This document shows positions 17,272-26,398 of a DNA stretch of 64,000 bases, piece after piece. Source of the DNA: an uncultured Gammaproteobacteria bacterium (GTDB lineage: Bacteria > Patescibacteriota > Patescibacteriia > Magasanikbacterales > UBA922); assembly GCA_964345045.1 (NCBI GenBank), contig CAYFPM010000001.1:539264-603263 (forward strand). The letters are read 5' to 3'. The notes beneath the pieces were generated by a model. It worked only from the letters and a program-made list of their open reading frames with translations. It was not told the origin of the DNA and ran no database searches. How positions within the stretch are numbered: position 1 is the stretch's first letter; the number at the start of each line of letters is the position of its first letter. Both the position numbers and the translations under genes were made by a program.

Positions 17272-17616
17272 TTAAATCTGGTATTCCTTTTGACTTCTCA
17301 ATTGCTCTTTGTCTTTGTCTCTCATTTTCTCTTTCATCTTGGTTAGTTCCTCTTTCAAATGATCTTTTACTTTGTCTATAGCCTTGTAAAGATCTTCGGC
17401 ATCTTTTTCTACCCGTACAACGTGCTTGGGAATATGCAAATCAACTTCGGCATAATAAACCTCGCCTTTGTTGTGGTGATGGGTGCGCATACCCACATCT
17501 ATGTCTGCTCTTTGGATATTATCAAAAAATTTTGTTAATCCCCCAAATTTTTCTTCTGCGTAATTTCGAATAGCATCGGTCAAATCGATGCCAGTTCCCT
17601 GGATGTTGATGTTCAT
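17272..17616 (-). CDS. hpf: ribosome hibernation promoting factor (HPF/RaiA family)
   Basis: MNINIQGTGIDLTDAIRNYAEEKF... typical HPF. Confidence 0.85.
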   Translation of the reverse strand: MNINIQGTGIDLTDAIRNYAEEKFGGLTKFFDNIQRADIDVGMRTHHHNKGEVYYAEVDLHIPKHVVRVEKDAEDLYKAIDKVKDHLKEELTKMKEKMRDKDKEQLRSQKEYQI

Positions 17617-17701
17617 AATTTTGAAATGCTTACAAGGCCATAAAGGCTGGCAAAGCTTGCAAGGCCTTGGAGCCTAGCTAGCAGGGTAAGCCTAGTTAGC
17701 C

Positions 17702-18676
17702 TTAAATAATTTTTATCTCCTCTTCTAACTCTATACCAAACTTATCATACACCTCTCCCTTAATCTTTTCAATAATTTCTTTTACTTCGCTAGCAGTGGA
17801 TCCTCCCAAGTTCAATACAAAATTACCATGCTTATCACTAACCATTGCATTTCCTATTTTTAGTCCTTTTAGTCCGGCTTGTTCTACCAACCAACCAGCC
17901 GAGATTTTTTCGCGATGTAAAAATTCTTTTACTTTTTCGTCTTGGCTATCGAAATGCTGCAAAAGCCTGACTCGGTGCGCTTCGCCATGAGAGCCTTCTA
18001 GACTAACATTTTTGAAAATGCAACCAGTAGAAGAATAACCTTGTGGTTGAGTTTCATTTCTATACTTTAGATATTCGAGAGCTTTTTTTATCAATTCTTT
18101 ATTTTTTGTTTTTTCTAATTTTAGATAAACCCGCAAAATTATATCTCGGTTGTGTTTGAACACACTATCCCTATAACCAAATTTACAGGCTTTATTGTTT
18201 AATTCTACTATTTCTCCATCTCTATAAACTTCTACTTTTTCTACATTGTCTTTCATCTCTCCTCCCATAGCTCCGGCATTGCCCCTAGTTGCTCCTCCCA
18301 TAGTACCAGGCACTCCTACCCCCCATTCAAACCCTGTAAGTCTTGCTTTCATACTCTCTTGTGCTATGGCCACAGTGCTACAGCCGGCACCAGCAATCAA
18401 GACATCATTCTCAATTCTAAAATCAACAATCTTCATTTTTACAACTACGCCCTTGAATCCATTGTCACTTACTAGCAAATTACTTCCTCCACCCAAAACA
18501 AAATACTCTACACCTTCTGCCCGCAAAAAATTCAAAACTTCTATAAGTTTTTCTACGCTATCTATCTCCACCAAAAAATCTGCCTCCCCGCCAATTTTGA
18601 AGGTAGTATGTTTGGACAAGGGCTCGTTCGTTTTTACTTTGCCAAATTGTTTTAGTTGGCTGTAGATCTCTTTCAT
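17702..18676 (-). CDS. murB: UDP-N-acetylenolpyruvoylglucosamine reductase MurB
   Basis: FAD-binding GGGSNLL motif and MurB C-terminal domain. Confidence 0.9.
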   Translation of the reverse strand: MKEIYSQLKQFGKVKTNEPLSKHTTFKIGGEADFLVEIDSVEKLIEVLNFLRAEGVEYFVLGGGSNLLVSDNGFKGVVVKMKIVDFRIENDVLIAGAGCSTVAIAQESMKARLTGFEWGVGVPGTMGGATRGNAGAMGGEMKDNVEKVEVYRDGEIVELNNKACKFGYRDSVFKHNRDIILRVYLKLEKTKNKELIKKALEYLKYRNETQPQGYSSTGCIFKNVSLEGSHGEAHRVRLLQHFDSQDEKVKEFLHREKISAGWLVEQAGLKGLKIGNAMVSDKHGNFVLNLGGSTASEVKEIIEKIKGEVYDKFGIELEEEIKII

Positions 18677-19287
18677 AATGTCTGAACTGTATTTGAAACT
18701 TGTTCAAGTTTTTCCCAATCTATATGTTCATAAGTAGTTACAACTACAGCATTAATACCACTTTGAATATAATAAATTGGATACTCTACTTCTACACCGG
18801 TACTTAGTTCCTTGGTGATATTTTGCATTCTTACATTTTGATTATTTATAGTGTAATTTGCTTCATCAATATTTGTAATTCTTTTATCAATTTGTTCAAA
18901 GGCATCAATATCTTGATCTTCGTAAAAATGTACTGTAGCTACAGGGGTGGCGCTAGTCTGGGCGGCATCATCTGGGATGATATTTCCTTCGTAAGCTCCC
19001 CGCATTTTGGATTTGGTTAAACTCAAGGAATACTCCGCTGGAAACTCAATAGCAAAACCTAAATCTGAATTTATATACTGCTCCCACTTGGTATTATACT
19101 TTTCTATATTCTCTTTAGATTCATCCAAAACCTCTGCACTACTATCTTCTATAGAAGATCCAATAGAATTGTCTACCCCCACGACATCTCTGCTATTACT
19201 ATTTAAAAAACGATTTAATAAGGGAACCGCAAATAATAAAACAACTACTCCTATTAATCCATACTTAATAATTTTCATACCTTGCAA
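18673..19287 (-). CDS. hypothetical membrane-anchored protein; 4-nt overlap with murB suggests an operon
   Basis: ORF track; N-terminal TM helix. Confidence 0.5.
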   Translation of the reverse strand: MQGMKIIKYGLIGVVVLLFAVPLLNRFLNSNSRDVVGVDNSIGSSIEDSSAEVLDESKENIEKYNTKWEQYINSDLGFAIEFPAEYSLSLTKSKMRGAYEGNIIPDDAAQTSATPVATVHFYEDQDIDAFEQIDKRITNIDEANYTINNQNVRMQNITKELSTGVEVEYPIYYIQSGINAVVVTTYEHIDWEKLEQVSNTVQTL

Positions 19288-19318
19288 AATTAGCTTAATT
19301 TAGTATAATTATTTAATT

Positions 19319-21205
19319 ATGAATCTACTATACGAGAATTTAAAAAGCAACCCAATTGTCTATGTAACTCGAGATATCGAGCGGGCTTTGGGTTTGCCGG
19401 TAGACACACAAGGCTACTATATTATCTCAAACTCTACTCCCTTTGCCAAGAAAATTGCTAACGAAAGAAAAAATATTTTACTGGTAGAAAATAGCGAAAT
19501 TCTAGACACTTGGCAACTATTGGAAAAACCAGAAACCCAAACCTGGATAGAAGCAATCCAACCCTCCCCCCTTGTAGGGGGGAGCAAGAGGGGGGTAAAG
19601 TCAATCGTCGCCTTCAAAAACTCCAAAAAAATAGAAACTATTTGTGAAAAAAATAATTGGGATCTACTAAACCCCAGTGCCGAAGTAATCCAAAATATAG
19701 AAGGTAAAGTAACCCAAGAAGAATTCCTACCAGAACTCTCTCATCTTTACCCACCACATACAATTTCAGAACTACAAACTACAAACTACAAACTACAAAC
19801 TATCTTACAATTCAACCACTCCCACACTGGAGAAGGCACAATATTGCTTGATAATAAAAAAGAATTGGAAGAGTTAAAAAACAAGTTCCCAAAACGTGAG
19901 GTTCGTCTTACAGATTTTGTAAATGGCCAAGTTTATACCAACAATAACGTAGTAGCAAAAAATAAAGTTTTGGTTGGTAATATTAGTAAACAACTAACCG
20001 GCATTAAGCCTTATACAAATAATCCTTTTGCAACTGTTGGTAACGATTGGGGGGCAGCTGTAGATGAACTAAGTGAAAAGCAAGAAAATGAATTCGCCAA
20101 AATTGCCCAAAAAGTTGGTGAAGAATTAAGAAAGAAGAATTGGAAAGGACTGTTTGGAATTGATGTAATCGTAGAAAAAGAAACTGGTAAATTGTACTTA
20201 ATTGAAATAAATGCCAGACAACCACAGTCAGCGGTTTTTGAATCGGCCTTACAGCGAAAAGCGGAAAGCGAAAAGCAAAAAGCGATAACTATTTTTGAAG
20301 CTCATTTGGCAGCTTTGCTAAATTTGGAAGTTAATCTAGAATTAGTTGAAATTGCAGAGGGTTCACAAATTATTGATAGACGAAATGAAGATATAAAATA
20401 CGTCCAAAAACCTGCTATTAGCTTCCAGCCTTTAGCTTTTCGCTCTAATCAAACAACCCTTTCAAAAAAAGGACAATCTGTCTTAAACAACTACCTCCAC
20501 CTCCCCTTCCAAAACACTCAACCAAAAACTCCATATTTTAATAATAAAAAAAGCAAAGTTCGTGGGGGGCTTCGAGCGCTTATAGGCAAAGGTAGTCCAA
20601 CAGAGATTGTAGAAGAAGCCAAAATATTAGCTTTGAAAAAAAAAGTTGATTTTAATAAGTTAGATGAAAAAACTTTAACTAAATTTTTGGTAGACCATAA
20701 TATTGGGGTAGACTGTTCTGGATTTGTTTATCATGTTTTAAAAGCCGAAAATCCTGAAAAAATAAAAAACTTAAAATTTTCTAAATCAAAAAACCCCATC
20801 AGAAATTTTATTCGCAAATTCCGCCCAACCGAAAACACTAGTGTAAAAGTTTTGGCAGATGATAAAAATAGTAAAAAAATAGACTTAAAAGACGTACAGC
20901 CAGGTGACTTGATTACCATAATTGCCGCTGGAAAGAATGCCGATCGTGATCATGTGCTTTTGATAGACGAGGTACAAAAAAATTCTTTTGGTGAAATCAC
21001 TTTTGTGAGGTACACCCACTCACTCGACTGGAGTACCGATGGCAAATACAATCACGGCATTCGCCAAGGAACTATTGAAATTAACGATATAAACAAACCA
21101 CTTATCGAGCAGCATTGGATAGAAAGTGAAAAAACTGGCCAAGAAAACGAAACTTACGGTAGAACCCTAAGTGGCCAAACTTATCTAAGGCGTTTAAAAT
21201 ATTGA
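19319..21205 (+). CDS. fusion protein: ATP-grasp ligase domain + C-terminal NlpC/P60-like cysteine peptidase domain
   Basis: GLFGIDVIVEKETGKLYLIEINARQ (ATP-grasp); GVDCSGFVYHVL ... DHVLLIDEV (Cys/His pair); carries an in-frame GC hairpin and a 7-nt tandem repeat. Confidence 0.5.
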   Translation: MNLLYENLKSNPIVYVTRDIERALGLPVDTQGYYIISNSTPFAKKIANERKNILLVENSEILDTWQLLEKPETQTWIEAIQPSPLVGGSKRGVKSIVAFKNSKKIETICEKNNWDLLNPSAEVIQNIEGKVTQEEFLPELSHLYPPHTISELQTTNYKLQTILQFNHSHTGEGTILLDNKKELEELKNKFPKREVRLTDFVNGQVYTNNNVVAKNKVLVGNISKQLTGIKPYTNNPFATVGNDWGAAVDELSEKQENEFAKIAQKVGEELRKKNWKGLFGIDVIVEKETGKLYLIEINARQPQSAVFESALQRKAESEKQKAITIFEAHLAALLNLEVNLELVEIAEGSQIIDRRNEDIKYVQKPAISFQPLAFRSNQTTLSKKGQSVLNNYLHLPFQNTQPKTPYFNNKKSKVRGGLRALIGKGSPTEIVEEAKILALKKKVDFNKLDEKTLTKFLVDHNIGVDCSGFVYHVLKAENPEKIKNLKFSKSKNPIRNFIRKFRPTENTSVKVLADDKNSKKIDLKDVQPGDLITIIAAGKNADRDHVLLIDEVQKNSFGEITFVRYTHSLDWSTDGKYNHGIRQGTIEINDINKPLIEQHWIESEKTGQENETYGRTLSGQTYLRRLKY

Positions 21206-21216
21206 CACTCCCTCCC

Positions 21217-21248
21217 AAAAAACAGCTTGATTTATAGGCTGTTTTTTG
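21217..21248 (+). terminator. rho-independent terminator (AAAACAGC ... GCTGTTTTTT)
   Basis: read directly in the sequence. Confidence 0.6.
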
Positions 21249-21279
21249 GTACTATTTCTTACGATAAAAAGAGACAAAA

Positions 21280-22410
21280 ATGCCAATTTCCCCAGACAAT
21301 CTAGAATTACTCAAAATAGCCATTGGATTTGGCTTATTTTCGTCTATAATCGCCTTTTTGTGGGCGCCTCTTTTGATTAAATTTTTGTACAAATACAATA
21401 TCACTCGCTGCGCCGAATACGACGCTACCCTGGCTATGGGTGCCAGAAAAGGCAAAACCGGTGTGCCAGTTATGGGAGGCTTGCTTATAGTTATCACAGT
21501 TTTGGTAATCACATATCTATTTAACTGGGAACGTAGCTTTACCTGGATGCCTATTGGCGTAATGATGCTGTCTGCTTTCTTGGGTGGGATTGACGACCTA
21601 CTCAACATCTACGGTCACAAACGTCGCCACCGCAATTTCAAACAAACTTTACGCCTAATTCGGGTACACAAACACTGGCACTATCGCTTGTGGCTAGCCA
21701 TTACCCTACCATGGACCATGTTCAAACGTATGTCACTTTGGCTAGGTTCTCACCCTGGCAAAGGTATACATGTACACGAAAAACTTATTTTACAATTCGC
21801 TGCCGGGGCTATTGCTGCTTGGTGGATTTACTTCAAACTTGGAGAAGAATGGTTAAATGTTTTTATTCCATTCGACGGCTTTATCTATTTTGGTTGGCTT
21901 ATCATTCCGCTTATTATTTTCTTTGTTATGTTTACTGCCAACGCTGTAAACGTAGCCGATGGTATGGATGGTCTAGCTGGAGGATCACTCCTAGTTACTT
22001 TTGCTGGACTTACTTTGCTTAGCTGGCTAGAGGGTTACCAAGAAATGGCTATTTTGAACGCTACGGTAGTTGGCACACTGATTGCCTATACTTATTTCAA
22101 TATCAAACCAGCCAGATTCCAAATGGGAGATGTGGGCAGCCTAGCCCTAGGTTCGCTACTTGCCATCAACGCTATTATTATCAACCGCATGCTCTTACTT
22201 CCTTTTTTTGGTTTTATTTTTTATGTAGAGCTAATCACTGTTATTATCCAAGTTTTTGGTCGTCAATTTTTGGGCAAAAGAATTTTCAAAATGGCTCCAA
22301 TTCACCATCACTTTGAAATGCGTGGCTGGAGTGAAGAAAAAACAGTAATGCGTTTTTGGATTATGCACATTGCCTTTGTCCTCTTGGGGCTTTGGGTAGC
22401 GCTTTACTAA
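21280..22410 (+). CDS. mraY: phospho-N-acetylmuramoyl-pentapeptide transferase MraY (with a basic His-rich loop insert)
   Basis: NAVNVADGMDGLAGG and APIHHHFEMRGW signatures. Confidence 0.85.
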   Translation: MPISPDNLELLKIAIGFGLFSSIIAFLWAPLLIKFLYKYNITRCAEYDATLAMGARKGKTGVPVMGGLLIVITVLVITYLFNWERSFTWMPIGVMMLSAFLGGIDDLLNIYGHKRRHRNFKQTLRLIRVHKHWHYRLWLAITLPWTMFKRMSLWLGSHPGKGIHVHEKLILQFAAGAIAAWWIYFKLGEEWLNVFIPFDGFIYFGWLIIPLIIFFVMFTANAVNVADGMDGLAGGSLLVTFAGLTLLSWLEGYQEMAILNATVVGTLIAYTYFNIKPARFQMGDVGSLALGSLLAINAIIINRMLLLPFFGFIFYVELITVIIQVFGRQFLGKRIFKMAPIHHHFEMRGWSEEKTVMRFWIMHIAFVLLGLWVALY

Positions 22411-22749
22411 GCAGAGTAAGCAAATTAGGCAGAATAAGCAGAATAACAAAACACTTAGTCTGCTTACCAACTTAATCTGCTATGTCAAAGACTTTTAAAA
22501 TATCTATCTTAATAATTTTTCTGCTAACCGGAGTTGTTTTCCATACAATTGGGAAACAAGCTTGCCCTCTAAATGACTACACACCTGGTAAATGTGAAAG
22601 ATCTTTATATTTGTAAATTAAAGGTTTTTAAAACAAAAGAACAAGCTCAAAAAGAATATGATGAGGCCGTTAAAAATCATTTTATAGGTGAAGTAACCAG
22701 ACCAACCGAGGACATAAAAAGATGTACTCATATACTTTCTTTCTAAATT

Positions 22750-23508
22750 ATGTATCTAAATTGGAACGAACAAACTATCACTGACTTTTCCAACGAAAAT
22801 ATTAACCGCATGTACAATGACGGTTATGTTTTTACTAGACGTGGCAAAGGCGTAATGCAACAAACCAGAAGTGTACGCATTGATCTAAGTAAGTTTGAGC
22901 TCTCTAGCGAAAATAGAAGAATTATACGAAAGGTAGAAGGACTCGAACTAAATATTCTCCCTCTTCCCTACTCTAGCTACACTTGGCAAGTTGGCAAGCT
23001 AGCCAAAGATTTTTATGATGAAAAATTTGGTGTAGGCACTATGAGTGCAAACAAGGTGAAAGAAATGTTAACCGAAGAAAATAAGAGTAATTTTAATGTC
23101 TTATTTTCTTATGTCATTTCGAACCCAAAGGGTGAGAAATCTTTCCGTGAACAAAATGCCCAGACAGAAAGATCTCTGGTCGAGTCTAACGACTCTCCTC
23201 GAGATGACAATAAAATCGGCTACACCATCTGCTACGCCAACGAAAAAATTCTCCACTATTCATATCCTTTTTACAAACTAAACTCTCCCCCTTACGAAGG
23301 GGGAGCTGGAGGGGGTTTACCCCCTAATTTAGGTATGGGTATGATGACCATGGCTGTTAGTGCTGCCAAGGAAAATGGTCTACAATATGTCTACCTTGGA
23401 TCCTTCCAACGCCCAACTGATACTTACAAACTCCAGTTTAGTGGTTTGGAATGGTTTGATGGAGAGAGATGGAGTGAGAATTTGGAGGAGTTGAAAAAAA
23501 CTGTATAA
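22750..23508 (+). CDS. possible aminoacyl-tRNA-protein transferase (Bpt/Ate1-like) carrying an in-frame GC hairpin insert
   Basis: C-terminal YVYLGSFQRPTDTYKLQFSGLEWFDGERW resembles the ATE_C signature; weak. Confidence 0.35.
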   Translation: MYLNWNEQTITDFSNENINRMYNDGYVFTRRGKGVMQQTRSVRIDLSKFELSSENRRIIRKVEGLELNILPLPYSSYTWQVGKLAKDFYDEKFGVGTMSANKVKEMLTEENKSNFNVLFSYVISNPKGEKSFREQNAQTERSLVESNDSPRDDNKIGYTICYANEKILHYSYPFYKLNSPPYEGGAGGGLPPNLGMGMMTMAVSAAKENGLQYVYLGSFQRPTDTYKLQFSGLEWFDGERWSENLEELKKTV

Positions 23509-23515
23509 AAATAAC

Positions 23516-24208
23516 ATGCCACAGCAAGCTATTTGGGAAAAAGAATATAGAAACAGCAAACTGCTACATTTCCACCCGGAACCACAAAAAGATACGGTTC
23601 GTTTTTTTAAATGGCAAAAAAAGAAAACCAAAGCCAATCTCGAAGGTAAACATATCCTTGATCTTGGTTCTGGTACTGGTAGAAATGCCAATTATTGTGC
23701 CGACAAAGGAGCAATCGTTACGGGTATTGAAATTTCTCCTACAGCTGTTAGTATTGCCAAAAAGGAAGCCAAAAAACTAGGCGTTTCTGTAGCGTACATT
23801 TTGGGCAGTTTTGGCGACAAGTTCCCAATAACAGATAATAGTGTAGACATTGTTTTAGACATTACTTCTTCTAACTCTCTTAACGAAGAAGAAAGAAAAG
23901 TTTACCTGTCGGAGATTAATCGTGTCTTAAAACCAGGCGGATTTATATTTGTAAAAACTTTGTCCAAAGAGGGCGACAATAATGCCAAAAGATTGCTAAA
24001 GTTATCTCCAGGAAAAGAAAAAGATACTTACCTAATGAAAGAATTGGGCTTGGTTGAACGGGTTTTTACTCGAGAAGATCTTGTTTCTACATATTCGCCT
24101 TACTTTGATATACTGTCTCTTGATCGAAAAGAGAGTTATACCCATATGAATGGGAGGAAGTACAAAAGGCAGTTTTGGTTATTATATGCAAAAAAATATG
24201 AAAAATAA
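23516..24208 (+). CDS. class I SAM-dependent methyltransferase
   Basis: ILDLGSGTGRNANYCADKGAIVTGIEIS motif I. Confidence 0.75.
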   Translation: MPQQAIWEKEYRNSKLLHFHPEPQKDTVRFFKWQKKKTKANLEGKHILDLGSGTGRNANYCADKGAIVTGIEISPTAVSIAKKEAKKLGVSVAYILGSFGDKFPITDNSVDIVLDITSSNSLNEEERKVYLSEINRVLKPGGFIFVKTLSKEGDNNAKRLLKLSPGKEKDTYLMKELGLVERVFTREDLVSTYSPYFDILSLDRKESYTHMNGRKYKRQFWLLYAKKYEK

Positions 24209-25595
24209 ACACATCCATTTTATAGGAATTTGCGGAGTAGCCATGTCTGCCCTCGCCATAGCCCTACAAAAACAAGGCCACAAAATCACAGGGAGTGACA
24301 AAGGTTTTTATCCGCCAGTTTCCGATAACCTTCGCGAAAGCAATATAGACTTTTACCCAGGCTGGCACCCAGAAAAAATGAGTAAAGATGGCAACCCAGA
24401 TCTAGTCGTAGTGGGCAATGTAGCCGGATCCAAAAATCCAGAATGGCTGTATGTACAAGAAAACAACATACCATACAAATCTTACCCAGAAGTTGTAGAA
24501 GAATTTTTGATAAAAGAAAATTCTATTGTCTGTGCCGGTACCTTTGGCAAATCTACCAACGCTACCCTACTATCTTGGATATTAAAAGAATCTGGAATAG
24601 ATTTGTCGTACATGTTTGGTGGAGTGGCCCTAAACAATTTGGCCCCAGCCGAAATTACAGAAGGAAACTGGAGTGTAGTAGAAGGAGACGAATACAAAAC
24701 CTCTCGTTGGGACGACAAAGCCAAATTCTTCCACTATTCCCCTACTCACCTACTCCTAACAGCCGCTGTCTGGGACCATGCCGATATTTACCCAACAAAA
24801 GAACTTTACCAGCAGGCTTTTGTAGATTTGGTAAACACAATCCCAGACACAGGAGTAATAGTAACAAACAACGAAGAAAAAACTTCTGTAGAAATAATGA
24901 ATATTGCCAATCGTGAGTTTATTTCTTTTGGATCAAAAAAGGCTGATTATATTTATAAAAACATAAACCTAAGCACAGCGGGTACTGGTTTTGATATAGA
25001 AATAAAAGCAACTGGCGAAACTTACCATGTGCAAGCCAAAATGCTGGGTGACTACATTGCCAAAAATTTTACTGGCTGTTTTGCTATGGCTCACCAAGTT
25101 GGAATTGAACCAGAAAAAATTGTAAAAGCAATTGAATCTTTTGAAGGTGTAAAAAGAAGATTGGAAAAAAGATTAGATAGTGAAATAACAATCTACGACG
25201 ACATTTCCCACTCACCAGAAAAAAGCCGCGCTGTACTGTCATCCCTAAAACAAATTTGTACGGGTAAGCTCTATGCTGTCTACGAACCAAATACAGGAAA
25301 CAGACGAGAGGCCTCGAAACCTGGCTATGCTGGCAATTTTGACTCTGCCGACATAGTAATCATCCCTAGACTTACAAAATTAAAAGTAGACCCCAACGAC
25401 CCCGAACCTGTTATGGATGGTGAAGAACTGGCCAACTTAATAAAAGAAACCCAACCAAACACCAAGTATTTTGAAATTGATGATGAATTGGTAAAATTTT
25501 TGGTAGAGGAAACAAAAAAAGATGATATAATCGTCTTCCTAGGTTCGCACGGTTTCCGTGGTATGATAGAAGAAGTGTGCGAAAAACTACAATAA
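24183..25595 (+). CDS. Mur ligase family protein, Mpl/MurC-like (UDP-N-acetylmuramate-peptide/alanine ligase)
   Basis: HFIGICGVAMSALAIAL...GSDKGFYPPVS N-terminal signature; GTFGKST P-loop. Confidence 0.8.
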   Translation, partial: YMQKNMKNKHIHFIGICGVAMSALAIALQKQGHKITGSDKGFYPPVSDNLRESNIDFYPGWHPEKMSKDGNPDLVVVGNVAGSKNPEWLYVQENNIPYKSYPEVVEEFLIKENSIVCAGTFGKSTNATLLSWILKESGIDLSYMFGGVALNNLAPAEITEGNWSVVEGDEYKTSRWDDKAKFFHYSPTHLLLTAAVWDHADIYPTKELYQQAFVDLVNTIPDTGVIVTNNEEKTSVEIMNIANREFISFGSKKADYIYKNINLSTAGTGFDIEIKATGETYHVQAKMLGDYIAKNFTGCFAMAHQVGIEPEKIVKAIESFEGVKRRLEKRLDSEITIYDDISHSPEKSRAVLSSLKQICTGKLYAVYEPNTGNRREASKPGYAGNFDSADIVIIPRLTKLKVDPNDPEPVMDGEELANLIKETQPNTKYFEIDDELVKFLVEETKKDDIIVFLGSHGFRGMIEEVCEKLQ

Positions 25596-25645
25596 AAAAT
25601 GAAGTGAGGTGTGAAATTGAAACTTTTTGACCGGATGAAACAAGA

Positions 25646-25864
25646 CTATACTCCCCACCACATACTACTAGGATCATCGAGATCTTCACTTGAAAATTTA
25701 GGAGCTGGTATATCAACCGGTAATTCTGCTAGTCGCAAACACTGCAACAAACGAAAAGGATCTTCTATCCAGTATTCACACCAATGGCAGAACCTCCTTT
25801 CTTTGGTCTCTATTAGCTTGGCACCGCAAGTGCCACAGGTTTCTTCCACTATTCTTGCCATCAA
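25646..25864 (-). CDS. small zinc-ribbon protein (CGTCG-x11-CHWC)
   Basis: ORF track; CxxC...CxxC pattern. Confidence 0.35.
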   Translation of the reverse strand: MMARIVEETCGTCGAKLIETKERRFCHWCEYWIEDPFRLLQCLRLAELPVDIPAPKFSSEDLDDPSSMWWGV

Positions 25865-25924
25865 GCCTAATTATAGATAACATGTATCTAAATTGCAAAA
25901 ATTATATAATCGACAACAAAAAAT

Positions 25925-26010
25925 AAAGTCATCCTGAGCGTAAGCGAAGGATCCCGAGCATAGCACAAAAGTAAGGGATGCTTCGATTCCGGCTAACGCC
26001 TACACTCAGC
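25925..26010. repeat. ~86-bp MITE-like element with terminal inverted repeats GTCATCCTGAG / CTCAGCATGAC and a nested hairpin (CGAAGGATCCC / GGGATGCTTCG)
   Basis: read directly in the sequence; related copies at 63950-63990 and 45616-45640. Confidence 0.5.
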
Positions 26011-26024
26011 ATGACTACAAAAAA

Positions 26025-26189
26025 TCACTTCCCCTCATCTGTCACTTCTGCTTCTACCTTGTCTCCCTCTATATTAGTAACCATTAGAGTAATCCCGCAG
26101 GTGCCACACTCAATCACTTGATCTTTGGCCAAATTCGGGTAAGATGATAGATCTACGTCGTTTTTACACTCCGGGCAAGTTAATCTCAT
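26025..26189 (-). CDS. small zinc-ribbon protein (54 aa, CPEC-x19-CGTCG, acidic tail)
   Basis: manual translation MRLTCPECKNDVDLSSYPNLAKDQVIECGTCGITLMVTNIEGDKVEAEVTDEGK. Confidence 0.3.
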   Translation of the reverse strand: MRLTCPECKNDVDLSSYPNLAKDQVIECGTCGITLMVTNIEGDKVEAEVTDEGK

Positions 26190-26363
26190 AAATTAAAAGT
26201 ATTATATTAAATTAAGTAAAGTTTATCATTATTGAGAAAAATATCAAGATTATATACCAGTAAATAAGCAGAGTAAGCAGAGTAAGAATTAAGACATTTC
26301 GTTACTTACTCTGCTTATTACTTACTCTGCCTACTCTGTTCACCTTGCCTAAAAATTTTTAAT

Positions 26364-26398
26364 TTCGTATATTCGTACTATTCGTAATTCGTAGATAC
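26364..26398 (+). promoter_or_regulatory. four tandem TTCGTA repeats (spacing 9/9/7) ending 5 nt before the ATG at 26399
   Basis: read directly in the sequence; the same arrangement sits upstream of infB. Confidence 0.4.

Noticed and set aside
26025-26189. The 54-aa zinc-ribbon protein as a LysW/ArgW amino-group carrier protein
   Set aside because: It has the CxxC...CxxC ribbon and an acidic tail but lacks the C-terminal EDWGE-type terminal Glu, and there is no LysX/ArgX ATP-grasp neighbour. It is kept only as a generic zinc ribbon.
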